DNA of 64,000 bases from contig JAQUOD010000001.1 of the NCBI GenBank assembly GCA_028717245.1, forward strand, positions 149,514 through 213,513, written 5' to 3'. Numbering within the stretch: position 1 is the first letter of the stretch; every line of letters begins with the position of its first letter. The stretch comes from Candidatus Omnitrophota bacterium. GTDB taxonomy: Bacteria > Omnitrophota > Gorgyraeia > Gygaellales > Profunditerraquicolaceae. This document shows, one piece after another, positions 29,521-39,468 of this stretch. The notes below the pieces were generated by a model. The model had not been told where the DNA came from, searched no databases, and was given only the letters and a program-made list of their open reading frames with translations. A program made the translations under genes and the position numbers.

Positions 29521-30484
29521 GGATTGGTTTTTTAATCTGCGCTGTCCGCCACGGACAACCATTGCAGGCTTTGACTTCATGAGAACGACCTTTATGATGT
29601 AATGCGCGTGCCTGATTGACCCTATCATCATGCCAAGAGTCATAAATGCTTCTAGTTTTTACATTTCCAATATCAAGCAGGTGCAGGTCATCATTATTAC
29701 AAGGCATAATCGTTCCATCCCATTCAATGGTCATACGTTGCCATAACTGAGGGCAGGCCCAGTTGTTGATTAAATCTTCTTTTCGATTTATGCTATCCTT
29801 GTAATCAACCGCAGCTACCTCATCACAGCGGTTTTTCCAAAAAGATTTGTAAGTTTCGAGGTCTAAATCAGAAAAATAAACAGTCTGAATTCTTATTCGA
29901 GGAAAATTCACCCCTCTTTTACGACGCAGGTCTAATAATGCGTCTATATTTTTTATAATGGTATTGAATTTTGCCCCGATCCTCTGCTTCTCAAAAATTT
30001 CAGGGTCTACCCCATCAATAGAAATTGAAATGCGGTCTAATCCGGCACCTATCATTTCTTCGCTCTTTTCTTTAGTCAGCAGCACGCCATTAGTATTAAA
30101 ATAAACATCTAAAATACCTTTTTTCTTTGCATAAGAAACCATCTTTGCTATTTCCTCGTGCAATAATGGTTCACCGCGATAACTTAATTTTATTGCCCAA
30201 AGCCTATTTTCCGAACCCTCGTCTATAATCCTTTTATATAAATCTATATCCATATCGCTTAGTTTGGTATTTTTAAGTAGATGCAACTTGTCGCAGAATG
30301 TGCATTTAATATTACAGCGATTGGTTATCTCAATATCCAAATGCATGGGGAAATCCCTAACGATAAAATTAGTGGGATATTCTACCCAACATCTACGGTA
30401 TTCTTTATACTCCCCTGACTGTTCTTCAGAAAAAGATGTGCCAGCGAGAGAATAAAAATTCGAGTTTGGTTTTATATAGGCCAT
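29507..30484 (-). CDS. Radical SAM protein with a C-terminal SPASM/twitch-type Cys-rich domain (BtrN/anSME-like)
   Basis: The N-terminal CxxxCxxC motif is NRCNIKCTFC. C-terminal cysteines lie at ...WACPQLW...MPCNND...CNGCPW. The length is 325 aa. Confidence 0.8.
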   Translation of the reverse strand: MAYIKPNSNFYSLAGTSFSEEQSGEYKEYRRCWVEYPTNFIVRDFPMHLDIEITNRCNIKCTFCDKLHLLKNTKLSDMDIDLYKRIIDEGSENRLWAIKLSYRGEPLLHEEIAKMVSYAKKKGILDVYFNTNGVLLTKEKSEEMIGAGLDRISISIDGVDPEIFEKQRIGAKFNTIIKNIDALLDLRRKRGVNFPRIRIQTVYFSDLDLETYKSFWKNRCDEVAAVDYKDSINRKEDLINNWACPQLWQRMTIEWDGTIMPCNNDDLHLLDIGNVKTRSIYDSWHDDRVNQARALHHKGRSHEVKACNGCPWRTAQIKKPIHDKN

Positions 30485-30516
30485 TTTATTTATATCTATT
30501 CATCATATAAAAAATT

Positions 30517-31965
30517 TTAACTACGTTTAGGCAGCATTATATTACCGCCCAATTTAGCTATCTTTCTAAATCTCCTGAAGAACGGCCCTAAAAATATATT
30601 ACGCTCCAACCTCTCATAGTTACTTATCCAAAGAACCCGCCTTGCTCTTAATAGGTCGATGTCTTTATAGACCAGATATTGAAATCTTTTGTATAATTTC
30701 ATAAGTTTGGCATTCTTAATAGTGGGTAAAGTAAGCCTTGACTGTCGCCTATCAAAAAATTTACATGGGTTATTCTTCCTTAATAAACCTTTCTCTCGGC
30801 AGTAATCCCCCAGCTCCGTACCTTCGTAAGGGCTAAATATATTTACTCCAGTTACCGTAGGATTCATTTTTCTATTAAAATTTATTGTCTCTAAAATAGT
30901 TTCCTCTGTTTCGTTAGGAACCCCGATAATATTTACTGACTGCGTCTCAAGACCCGCCTCTTTTGCCCACGTAAATACATTCTCCAATTGTGCCTTTGTA
31001 ATATCCCTTTTAAAAACAACATTCCTGATATAATCGTTAGCGGATTCTACGGCTAAGAAAATCCTATAGCATCCGGCATCTTTAAGCCTAAAAAGAATAT
31101 CTTTAGTGCAGACATCCGGCCTGATGTGACACATAAAGGAAAGTTTAAATCTTTTCTTGTAATTAGGTAAGAAATCATCTAGCCAATTTCTATTTAAGAT
31201 AAAAAGGTCATCGATAAAATATAGTTTGTCGAATGTATATTTGGTTTTTAGCACATCTATCTCTTCAAGGCTCTTTTCTACGCTATTATATCTTATAATA
31301 TTATTTTCTTCTCCGTAAACGCGCGCAATCGCATAATTAGAACAATAGGTACAATGAAAAGGGCATCCGCGGCTGGTCATTATTGTCGCCATGCTGTTAT
31401 TTTCGTTTATAATGGACTGGTAATCATAAATATCCCTGTCCGGAAAAGGCAAATCCTCGAGATTTTTAACCCTGGGCCTTAATTTGTTCTTTACTAATCT
31501 ATTTGTATCTACATAGCAAAAATTATCCGTATCCTGATAGCGGGCACCTGCCCGGACATTCGAAACGAAATCTACGAATGAAGACTCGCTCTCTCCTATA
31601 AAAAACCCGTCAAATAAGAAAGAAGAAAAAAGAGATTCAGGGAATATGGTCGGATGTACACCGCCGCATACAATAATACCTTTATGAATCCGCTTTATCA
31701 TTTTTGCCAATTCGCAAATAAATACAAACTGCGAAGAAACTGCCGAAAAACCGATAACTTTAGGCCTCTCCTCTAAAACAGCTTTTAATACCTTTTTATA
31801 ATCCTTTTTAGACCGAACAATAATCAGTTTTGGCTGAAAACCGCTATTCTTAAGAACGCTGGATAAATATCCTATTCCAAAACTATAAACATCAGAGTGA
31901 AACCCATTTATATTGGTGTAAACAAATAAAACATCCGCCCCCTTAGACACTTTCCTCTCTCCCAT
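30517..31965 (-). CDS. B12-binding domain radical SAM protein, paralog 3 of 6
   Basis: The sequence has an N-terminal B12-like domain and GCPFHCTYCSN. The length is 482 aa. Confidence 0.8.
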   Translation of the reverse strand: MGERKVSKGADVLFVYTNINGFHSDVYSFGIGYLSSVLKNSGFQPKLIIVRSKKDYKKVLKAVLEERPKVIGFSAVSSQFVFICELAKMIKRIHKGIIVCGGVHPTIFPESLFSSFLFDGFFIGESESSFVDFVSNVRAGARYQDTDNFCYVDTNRLVKNKLRPRVKNLEDLPFPDRDIYDYQSIINENNSMATIMTSRGCPFHCTYCSNYAIARVYGEENNIIRYNSVEKSLEEIDVLKTKYTFDKLYFIDDLFILNRNWLDDFLPNYKKRFKLSFMCHIRPDVCTKDILFRLKDAGCYRIFLAVESANDYIRNVVFKRDITKAQLENVFTWAKEAGLETQSVNIIGVPNETEETILETINFNRKMNPTVTGVNIFSPYEGTELGDYCREKGLLRKNNPCKFFDRRQSRLTLPTIKNAKLMKLYKRFQYLVYKDIDLLRARRVLWISNYERLERNIFLGPFFRRFRKIAKLGGNIMLPKRS

Positions 31966-31972
31966 AACGTCT

Positions 31973-33781
31973 TTAACTTATGTTACCTACTTCCTCTTGA
32001 TGTATAAATTTTCTAAAAATATCGGAATTTTGTAATAGCGCCTTAAAACTGCCCTGGTCAATAATCCTGCCGGCATGCATGACATAAATATGGTCGGCCT
32101 GCTCAAGGGTACTGGCGCGGTGCGCCACAAATATAACGGTTAAATCTTTCTTAAAATCCTTAAGCGCCGCATATAGCCTTGCCTCGGTATGGCCGTCTAA
32201 GGCAGAGGTAGCTTCATCAAGAATGAGGATCTGCGGGTCCCTGTATAAAGCCCTGGCTATGCCGATTCTCTGCCTCTGCCCTCCGGATAGTCTGATACCT
32301 TTTTCGCCTACCACGGTTTTAGTTGCCTGCGGTAAATCCTTAATTACAGACTCCAACTGCGCTATCTCAGTTGCCTGTTTAAGTTTCGCAAAATCAATCT
32401 TATCTGCGGCAATACCAAAGGCGATATTCGCCTCTATAGTATCGTCTATAAGAAAAATATGCTGCGGGACATAGCTTATATTTTTACGGTATTCCAGGAT
32501 ATTCCCCGGGTTGACTGCTGCACGGCCATAATACAAAGTGCCTTTTGCTGGAGTTAACAAGCCCATTACGACATCTATTAACGTACTCTTTCCTGCCCCT
32601 GTTTCGCCTGCAAAGGCAATAAATTTATGCTTTGGAATGATAAGGCTGAATTCCTTAAGAATAGGTAAAGCGGCTGTTTTATACTGGAAGGTGATATTTT
32701 CTAAACGGATATCCTCGGGCCCTTGTGGGAACTCCATATTAATAGAAACATCTTCGTTAATTCTCTCTTCGGCAGTATCTTCTTTTAAGATTTCATAAAC
32801 AATATCCAGGTTATAAGAATAATATTTAATGCTATTGTAATTATTGTAGATGTTCTGTACGCAGGGTAAGACCTTCAGTGCCGCCAATCCAAAAACCATC
32901 ATCATCGGGATTAAGTCTGCCGGATTTCTATGAAAATACGCACTTACCAACAGCATCATCAGTGTAAAGGCCAGTAAAACCATATCTAAAACATTGCGCG
33001 GCAAAGTGGAAATAACGTTAAATTTTACCTCGCTGTCAGATGCCGTCATAGATGCCCGGGCATATCTCTCTACAAAAAAGGGCTGTTTATTATATACCTT
33101 GATCTCTTTGACTGCCTGCAGGGACTCAAGCCCAAATTTAAACAGCTGTTCTGAGGCCTTCATTAACTGGAAAGAATAAACTACAATCCTTTTTCTAAGA
33201 AAAAGGTTTGTAGTTAGTAAGGTAAGTGTAAACATAAGCCCCAGGAATAACGTTAAGAATGGATACATAGCAAGGAGTAAGCAAGAAATTGCCAGGAGAA
33301 TAAAGGTGTCGGTAACCATTGATAAGAGGGCCAAGAGAAAATAACTGGAAAATTGGCTTACCGCGGTAGTTGCATTCTTAAATAATATTGCGCTGTTATT
33401 TTGCAAATGAAATGGGTATGGCCTGCTCAAATAAGAGGCCAGGACTTTGGTTGTCAAACGGATGAAAATATTTCCTGCCATCTTTTTTTGTATATACCGC
33501 ACAAAAATATTATATAGTGACTTAAAAACAAACAAACCAAAAGCAACGGCTATTAAAAAGGTAAGAAAAGTATTGTTATCTTTAGCCCCGGATAATTGAT
33601 AAAGCCGCAGGAGATTTTTCGAAGTCTGAATCTTATCCTGGTTCACGAATAGATGCATTATAGGCATGATAATACCGATACCGAATGATTCTAAAGCCGC
33701 AAGGAGTAATGTCCCGAAAAAAACAAATATTATTTTCTTCTTTTCTGATTTTGTAAGGATAAATCTGAGTTTATCTAACAT
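31973..33781 (-). CDS. ABC exporter with fused transmembrane and ATP-binding domains (MsbA-like flippase)
   Basis: Six N-terminal transmembrane helices are followed by Walker A GETGAGKST, the ABC signature LSGGQRQR and Walker B ILILDEATSALD. The length is 602 aa. Confidence 0.9.
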   Translation of the reverse strand: MLDKLRFILTKSEKKKIIFVFFGTLLLAALESFGIGIIMPIMHLFVNQDKIQTSKNLLRLYQLSGAKDNNTFLTFLIAVAFGLFVFKSLYNIFVRYIQKKMAGNIFIRLTTKVLASYLSRPYPFHLQNNSAILFKNATTAVSQFSSYFLLALLSMVTDTFILLAISCLLLAMYPFLTLFLGLMFTLTLLTTNLFLRKRIVVYSFQLMKASEQLFKFGLESLQAVKEIKVYNKQPFFVERYARASMTASDSEVKFNVISTLPRNVLDMVLLAFTLMMLLVSAYFHRNPADLIPMMMVFGLAALKVLPCVQNIYNNYNSIKYYSYNLDIVYEILKEDTAEERINEDVSINMEFPQGPEDIRLENITFQYKTAALPILKEFSLIIPKHKFIAFAGETGAGKSTLIDVVMGLLTPAKGTLYYGRAAVNPGNILEYRKNISYVPQHIFLIDDTIEANIAFGIAADKIDFAKLKQATEIAQLESVIKDLPQATKTVVGEKGIRLSGGQRQRIGIARALYRDPQILILDEATSALDGHTEARLYAALKDFKKDLTVIFVAHRASTLEQADHIYVMHAGRIIDQGSFKALLQNSDIFRKFIHQEEVGNIS

Positions 33782-34922
33782 GGCCTTTCTTATCGGCTAT
33801 TGGAAAAAGCAGTAGATGATTATATATATGTTGGATTTCTTCATAATGTTCAGAAGGGGGCGTGCCTGTAGAACTCACCAAATCATCCATTCTTATTTGG
33901 CATGCAGGAAATAATTTTCTATATAATAACCTTATTCCCCCATACATCCAACTAGTTATCCTAAAATGATTTAAAATATCTTTTATTTCGCATATTAAGA
34001 GCTTCTTTTTTGCAGATTTTATTCCTTTCATATAATTAGCTAAATAAATGGACATGGCATCATCAATCGCTGTCTTTAATTCTTCTATATCTAATGCATC
34101 CGATTGATATTTTTTACTTAGATGTATTAATAAGCCTTCCTTAAATTTAGAATATTTTTCCTTAAAACAACCTTTCTTAATAAAATCATTTAGCCAAAAG
34201 ACTTGCCTATTAGATTTTATATTGCCCCCCTTATCTCTGGCTGTATAAAACACATCTAAACATTTCATTTTTCCATAAATTAAAGTAAGCATAGATAGAA
34301 ATAACTCACCGAATACGGGATCGCTTGTGAATTCTTTTAATTCTTTAAAGATCGTTCTTAAAAAATCACTTCTGTGTACCCCATAGAAAGTAGGCACATA
34401 ATTCAACAAATGATAAATTAACCTTTCTTTTGGTTCAGAAAAGGTAACTGAGGAATGCTGAATTATACGCCCGCGATAAAAATGCTGTTTGTTTTCTTGG
34501 GCGTGTTTTAGCCAAAAGGCAAAACCTAAACCATATACAACTGTGAAATCATCGTTCTTCTTAAGAAAACTTATAGACTGTTCTATGCCTTGCGGGGTTA
34601 TAAAATCATCATCTGCGCATATTACGCAATATTCACTTTTTATATGGCATAATACACTGCATATTTTACTAAGCATGTTAATATCGGCCGGGTATTCATT
34701 AAGATATAATATGCCTAAGCCGGGAAATTGTTCTATAATTTTTTTATTTTGTTTTTTATTTTCACAGGAGCTAGAATCTGCGATTATTATTTTATATTTA
34801 TTACGATCTAAATATTCATTATAATAACTCAGTAGTCTTTTTAAGTAATAAGACCTGTTATAAGTAGGTATCACTATGGTACATCCACCGTTATCGTCTC
34901 TCTTTTTAATTTTCATTCTCAC
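33771..34922 (-). CDS. Glycosyltransferase family 2-like
   Basis: The N-terminal motif CTIVIPTYNRSYYLKRLL is a GT-A motif. An acidic DDD pattern lies around aa 105. The length is 383 aa. Confidence 0.65.
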   Translation of the reverse strand: MRMKIKKRDDNGGCTIVIPTYNRSYYLKRLLSYYNEYLDRNKYKIIIADSSSCENKKQNKKIIEQFPGLGILYLNEYPADINMLSKICSVLCHIKSEYCVICADDDFITPQGIEQSISFLKKNDDFTVVYGLGFAFWLKHAQENKQHFYRGRIIQHSSVTFSEPKERLIYHLLNYVPTFYGVHRSDFLRTIFKELKEFTSDPVFGELFLSMLTLIYGKMKCLDVFYTARDKGGNIKSNRQVFWLNDFIKKGCFKEKYSKFKEGLLIHLSKKYQSDALDIEELKTAIDDAMSIYLANYMKGIKSAKKKLLICEIKDILNHFRITSWMYGGIRLLYRKLFPACQIRMDDLVSSTGTPPSEHYEEIQHIYNHLLLFPIADKKGHVR

Positions 34923-36097
34923 TCGTTAATCTTATCGGAAGCCCTTATTTTATCCCTTAGTATTTCCTCGACTAAATACTCTGCAATACGTTTACTAAAA
35001 TCAGCGGTATAATGGCATGAATCTAAGTATTCATAGCCTTTAATTTGCAGTTTATGTAAATCTAGATATTTGAAAGAATTCAATATATCTGCTTGTAACA
35101 ATAATCGATAACCTTTACTAGCAGCCATATAATACGCCCTTTCTTCTTTTAGGGCCGCCTTGTCTAAAAATAAGTTTTTCTCTAGCGGATAATCGTATAC
35201 AGGAATCGGTTGAAGTACAAATATGCATTTAATATCGTACTGATTACATATTCCTTTAATGGCTCTCCAGTTAAATATCAATTCCTTACTAGCCTGTTCT
35301 ATTGATTTCTCATCGTATTGTAATAAATGATTACCGATTTTATGATTAACTCCTAATAATTTTGATAATTCACCTTTCCAGAAAATATACGGCTCAAATA
35401 CATATTTTTTAAATATTTTTTCATAAGTTAATAATCTTTTATTGCTTTCCTCGGGCCACCTTAGCGCAACTCGACAAAAATCATTCAACCCATCAATAAA
35501 AATTACGTAATCTGGAGTTCTGCCATGCATAATGAGTCTCTCAAGATACCTCTTTTCATATTTAGAATAACCAGAACAGATAGCGTAATTAAAAACATTA
35601 TATAAAAATCCTTTATCTTTTTTATTAAGCCCGTCTTGGACATATGAGGCGATAGTTTCATTATCGGGAAGCCTATATCCCCAAGTTGTAGAACCCCCAA
35701 AAATAAATATATTTTTCTGCTTCTTATCTTGTGAATATCCTCTTTGATTTGCGATTATCCTGTATCCTTCTTTTGAAACATTAACATACCTTGAACGATA
35801 AGATGCCTGGTATTCTCTTGTCGGTTCTATGGGGTATCCCTCTGAATCTTTCAGGATATCCTTAATTTCACCGATGCCTTTTCCTGGATAAACTCTTAAT
35901 AATTGTTGCTTGATACTATTATCCTGCTCTAAATTATTATCCTGAAATATTTTTATTATTTTTGCTTTTCCAGATTGAAAATAATTATAAGGTTTAATAA
36001 ATAAATTCATAAGTAAAATAAAAATCAGGAAGATAAAAATTACTGATCCTACAATATAAGAAGCCCATAAATAAAAACTTAATATTTTCTTTATCAT
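34919..36097 (-). CDS. Membrane-anchored SGNH/GDSL-like hydrolase (putative glycan O-acetylesterase/acyltransferase)
   Basis: There is an N-terminal transmembrane helix. SGNH-like blocks occur in the correct order: FIFGGSTTWG (block I), IDGLNDF (GxND) and LDSCHY (DxxH). The length is 392 aa. Confidence 0.5.
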   Translation of the reverse strand: MIKKILSFYLWASYIVGSVIFIFLIFILLMNLFIKPYNYFQSGKAKIIKIFQDNNLEQDNSIKQQLLRVYPGKGIGEIKDILKDSEGYPIEPTREYQASYRSRYVNVSKEGYRIIANQRGYSQDKKQKNIFIFGGSTTWGYRLPDNETIASYVQDGLNKKDKGFLYNVFNYAICSGYSKYEKRYLERLIMHGRTPDYVIFIDGLNDFCRVALRWPEESNKRLLTYEKIFKKYVFEPYIFWKGELSKLLGVNHKIGNHLLQYDEKSIEQASKELIFNWRAIKGICNQYDIKCIFVLQPIPVYDYPLEKNLFLDKAALKEERAYYMAASKGYRLLLQADILNSFKYLDLHKLQIKGYEYLDSCHYTADFSKRIAEYLVEEILRDKIRASDKINE

Positions 36098-36101
36098 AAA
36101 G

Positions 36102-36827
36102 CTATTTTATTCTTTTAAGATAACCGTTAGGGCTTGTTGATATATAAAGTTTATTAAAGTCTTTATCTATGATAAAGTCTCTATTTTTCTTTAAAAAATC
36201 AGATATGGCTTCCATCGGACCGTTTTTTCTGTAATTTTCGCCACAAACTCCACTCTTAACTAATGTGGATGTTATAGTATCAAAAACTACGATATACGAA
36301 CCTACATTAACAAACTGTTTGTATAATAATAATTCTTTTAATACGTGTTTTCTATGATGGTTTGAATCCAAACACACTATCGCCCTGGATTCTTTTTTAA
36401 CAAATACCCGTATTGCCTCCATCACCTCATCTGAAGTCGAATCTCCTTGAATAATTTTAATTCTCTTAAATAAAGGATGCGCCTCAATAACTTTTCTATT
36501 ATGTTTTCTAAAATCTATGTCAATACCTATAACTCTTCCTTTCCCCAAAAGCTCAAGCAAAGATGCATAAAAGATTAATCCGCCGCCATGGGCAATTCCT
36601 GTTTCGATAACGAAATCTGGTTTCGCTTTAAATATCAATTCCTGCATGAGCACCATATCAGCGGGAGTCTGGATAACAGGTATGCCAAACCATTCGACCT
36701 CATAATCAATTTTATTTTTAGTTGAGGCCTTAAGCCATTCTAACGCTGCTTTCCGCAGATATTTTTCGTCTTTATTCTCACATCTAGCAACATGTTTTCT
36801 TAAAGACAACATATCCCAATTAATCAT
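36102..36827 (-). CDS. CmcI/cephalosporin-hydroxylase-family class I methyltransferase (sugar O-methyltransferase-like)
   Basis: The motif PDFVIETGIAHGGGLIFYASLL...VIGIDID is typical of the CmcI/rhamnosyl-O-methyltransferase family. The length is 241 aa. Confidence 0.6.
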   Translation of the reverse strand: MINWDMLSLRKHVARCENKDEKYLRKAALEWLKASTKNKIDYEVEWFGIPVIQTPADMVLMQELIFKAKPDFVIETGIAHGGGLIFYASLLELLGKGRVIGIDIDFRKHNRKVIEAHPLFKRIKIIQGDSTSDEVMEAIRVFVKKESRAIVCLDSNHHRKHVLKELLLYKQFVNVGSYIVVFDTITSTLVKSGVCGENYRKNGPMEAISDFLKKNRDFIIDKDFNKLYISTSPNGYLKRIK

Positions 36828-38524
36828 TTGTGTAATAAGGTTTCCCCGCTTGTAGGGGATAAACTAATATGGTATTTTTCCAATAACACCCGCGAATCTT
36901 CCGACTCATCCGCTAATTTACATAACTTTTTAATGGCCCCCTTAGCTTCTCTTGCTTTCCTTTGCCCCTTCAGCGCCTGCCATAAACCCCATTGAGCAAA
37001 CAGATGATTAGGAAAATTTCTGAGTAGACCTCGAAAAGTCAGCTCTGCTTCTTCATATTTTTTCTCTTTTAAAAATTTATTATTAATAAAATTTATACGG
37101 ATATTAGCATCATACTGAATATCTTTTACCTGTTCAGGATTAAAATCGGGGGTCATAACTGAAGAACGGCCATATACATGGTCGCTCATATCTCCTGCTA
37201 AGTAGCCTTTTTCATTGGCTAAGTCGTACATCTCGCTACCTACCAAGGGTGTAAAAATCTTTACTTCTGACCAATCGATGTTTAAATCAACAGCAAATTG
37301 TACAGTATCACGCATCATCTCTATCGTCTCACCAATAAACCCCACAATATAAAATGCTCTAACGCTAATACCATGCTTCTTTAATAACCCGATTTTTTCT
37401 TTTACTAAATTCAGATCTAAATTCTTCTTTAAGATATGTTTTTGGATGTATTTATTTCCACTCTCAATAGCTATAGTACATGATTTCATGCCCGCCATTT
37501 TTAGATTTACGATTGACTCTTCATCTAATTTCCAGATAGCCAGGCCGTTTGGAAATTCTAAATTAAAACGGTCGCGATATTTTTCAAAAAGTGTCTTACA
37601 AAACTGAATTGTCCTGTTGGTTGAAAAATTAAACATATCGTCTTGAATGAGAAGATTATTTATATCATACTTATCAACAAGCCAATCTATATGATTGATT
37701 ATATATCCTATTGAATGGGCACGGATTCTTTTCCCATGTGTACCGTGGGCAGCACAAAAAGTGCAACTCATAGGGCAACCGCGAGTTGTAAAAATTGAGG
37801 CCGATCTCGCAGACTTTTTATTCGTTAAAGAACCTACTCTCTCGGCATCAATAGAATTACCAGTATAATCATCTACCTGGGGCAATAAATCCCATGCCGG
37901 CATGGGTAAACTATCCAAATCCTCAATAATAGCAGCTTTTTTATTTGGTTTATCGAGGCATATTAAATCAACAATATGAGGGTTATTGGCAACTTTCTGG
38001 TCTACGGTATGAGCTTTAATTACATTAAGCAACCAAACAAGCTCTTTCTCGGCTTCGCCTAATATAATATAATCGCAGATACCTGCTTTTAAAATATCGC
38101 GATACATAATTGTAGGATAACTCCCACCTAAAATAATTTTAGTATAAGGATAAATCTGTTTACACCTAATACACATTTTCTCTACGGTGCTCGAGGATAC
38201 ATTAAACAAGCCACTGATTCCTAAAATATCAATCTCGTTACTTTTTAAAACAGTGTCAAAATAGTCTTTAAAGAAATTTGATAAATCATTTTTTTTAAAA
38301 TAATTTTCCCCTCTGCATTTGTAAAATTCCCTATGAAGATCATATATCTGAACTTTATGACCCGCTTCTCTTAATGCACCTGCAAGATATAATATACCCA
38401 GAGGTGCGGCGGGCCTCCAATCTACGCTTTTAGTAAAATCGCAATAACCTTTCTTGATTTTATCAATCTCCTCTTCGAGTATTTTTATTGAAAAATTTGG
38501 TGATACAACCAATAAGATTTTCAT
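36824..38524 (-). CDS. B12-binding domain radical SAM protein with a C-terminal helical/TPR-like extension, paralog 4 of 6
   Basis: The radical SAM motif is GCPMSCTFCAAH. The length is 566 aa. Confidence 0.8.
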   Translation of the reverse strand: MKILLVVSPNFSIKILEEEIDKIKKGYCDFTKSVDWRPAAPLGILYLAGALREAGHKVQIYDLHREFYKCRGENYFKKNDLSNFFKDYFDTVLKSNEIDILGISGLFNVSSSTVEKMCIRCKQIYPYTKIILGGSYPTIMYRDILKAGICDYIILGEAEKELVWLLNVIKAHTVDQKVANNPHIVDLICLDKPNKKAAIIEDLDSLPMPAWDLLPQVDDYTGNSIDAERVGSLTNKKSARSASIFTTRGCPMSCTFCAAHGTHGKRIRAHSIGYIINHIDWLVDKYDINNLLIQDDMFNFSTNRTIQFCKTLFEKYRDRFNLEFPNGLAIWKLDEESIVNLKMAGMKSCTIAIESGNKYIQKHILKKNLDLNLVKEKIGLLKKHGISVRAFYIVGFIGETIEMMRDTVQFAVDLNIDWSEVKIFTPLVGSEMYDLANEKGYLAGDMSDHVYGRSSVMTPDFNPEQVKDIQYDANIRINFINNKFLKEKKYEEAELTFRGLLRNFPNHLFAQWGLWQALKGQRKAREAKGAIKKLCKLADESEDSRVLLEKYHISLSPTSGETLLHK

Positions 38525-38531
38525 CTGTGCT

Positions 38532-39392
38532 TTACCTATTGAAACAGCTATATAATTTAAGTTCCTTAGATAAAAGTTTTCCTTCTAAATACCTATCGAG
38601 CATACCTTTATTAATCAATTGATATATAATTTTTAAATGCGCGGGGGTAAATTCACCACGTAGAAATAATTTTCCTGTTATTGGTGAAATATACGGCTTT
38701 AATGGAATATTTCTTATTAGTGAATCAATCAATTTCAATGCAGGCTGGGCAGCTTGGATAACTGTTTTACAAAATATATCATGTATGGAATCCCCTTTCG
38801 CAAAGACTGTTTTTTGTTGATGATAAATAGCGCCATGATCTACTTGCTGGTCTATCTGGTGTAAAGTTATCCCTATATGGTTGGGATTTTGTAAATAGAG
38901 GGGCCAAAGGAGGGTATCTGAACTTCTGTAGTAAGGGGATAGACCTAGATGTAAATTAATAGCTATACAATCTGTTAAAGCATCCAATACCTTTTTTCCT
39001 ATCATCCCAATCCCAAAAGAAAAGGTTACGGAAGGCCAAACTTTATTTATAAATCTTACTGTTTTGTCAGAGCTTAATGTTTCTGAATTAACATATAAAA
39101 CGTCATTACAGTTATCTAAATGGAACACGTCTTCTTTATAATATTCTGACTCCACTTCATCTCTTGTTTTCAAATGCTTATTTATTAGTTCGATTGCCTC
39201 TTTATCCAATTTATTATTATCATCGTCATACTTTCCAATATAATCCCCCTTGGTAATTTCTTGTATAATTAAACTAGAATTTGGATATTTATCCAAAAGC
39301 TTATTCACAATATACTTATATCTCCTGTTGAGACCTGAAAATATTAGTAATTTTTTAGCTGTTTTTTTCATTTTAGAATCTTTATCATACAC
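38532..39392 (-). CDS. Formyltransferase-family protein (Fmt/ArnA-N-like, sugar N-formyltransferase candidate)
   Basis: The motifs INLHLGLSPYYRSS (NxHxSLLPxxRG-like) and GITLHQIDQQVDHGAI (GxTxHxxxxxxDxGxI-like) are present. The length is 286 aa. Confidence 0.55.
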   Translation of the reverse strand: MYDKDSKMKKTAKKLLIFSGLNRRYKYIVNKLLDKYPNSSLIIQEITKGDYIGKYDDDNNKLDKEAIELINKHLKTRDEVESEYYKEDVFHLDNCNDVLYVNSETLSSDKTVRFINKVWPSVTFSFGIGMIGKKVLDALTDCIAINLHLGLSPYYRSSDTLLWPLYLQNPNHIGITLHQIDQQVDHGAIYHQQKTVFAKGDSIHDIFCKTVIQAAQPALKLIDSLIRNIPLKPYISPITGKLFLRGEFTPAHLKIIYQLINKGMLDRYLEGKLLSKELKLYSCFNR

Positions 39393-39468
39393 TTTTGCTG
39401 CTGGGATAATAATTTCATCCTGGCGAAACCACTATGAATGTATCTTCATTATATTACCTATCCATATA

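Noticed and set aside
28462-29643. Track start of the class I/II aminotransferase at 29643, which overlaps the radical SAM gene by 137 nt
   Set aside because: The internal ATG at 29520 gives a typical 352-aa aminotransferase and a 10-nt intergenic gap. The long overlap is unlikely to be real.
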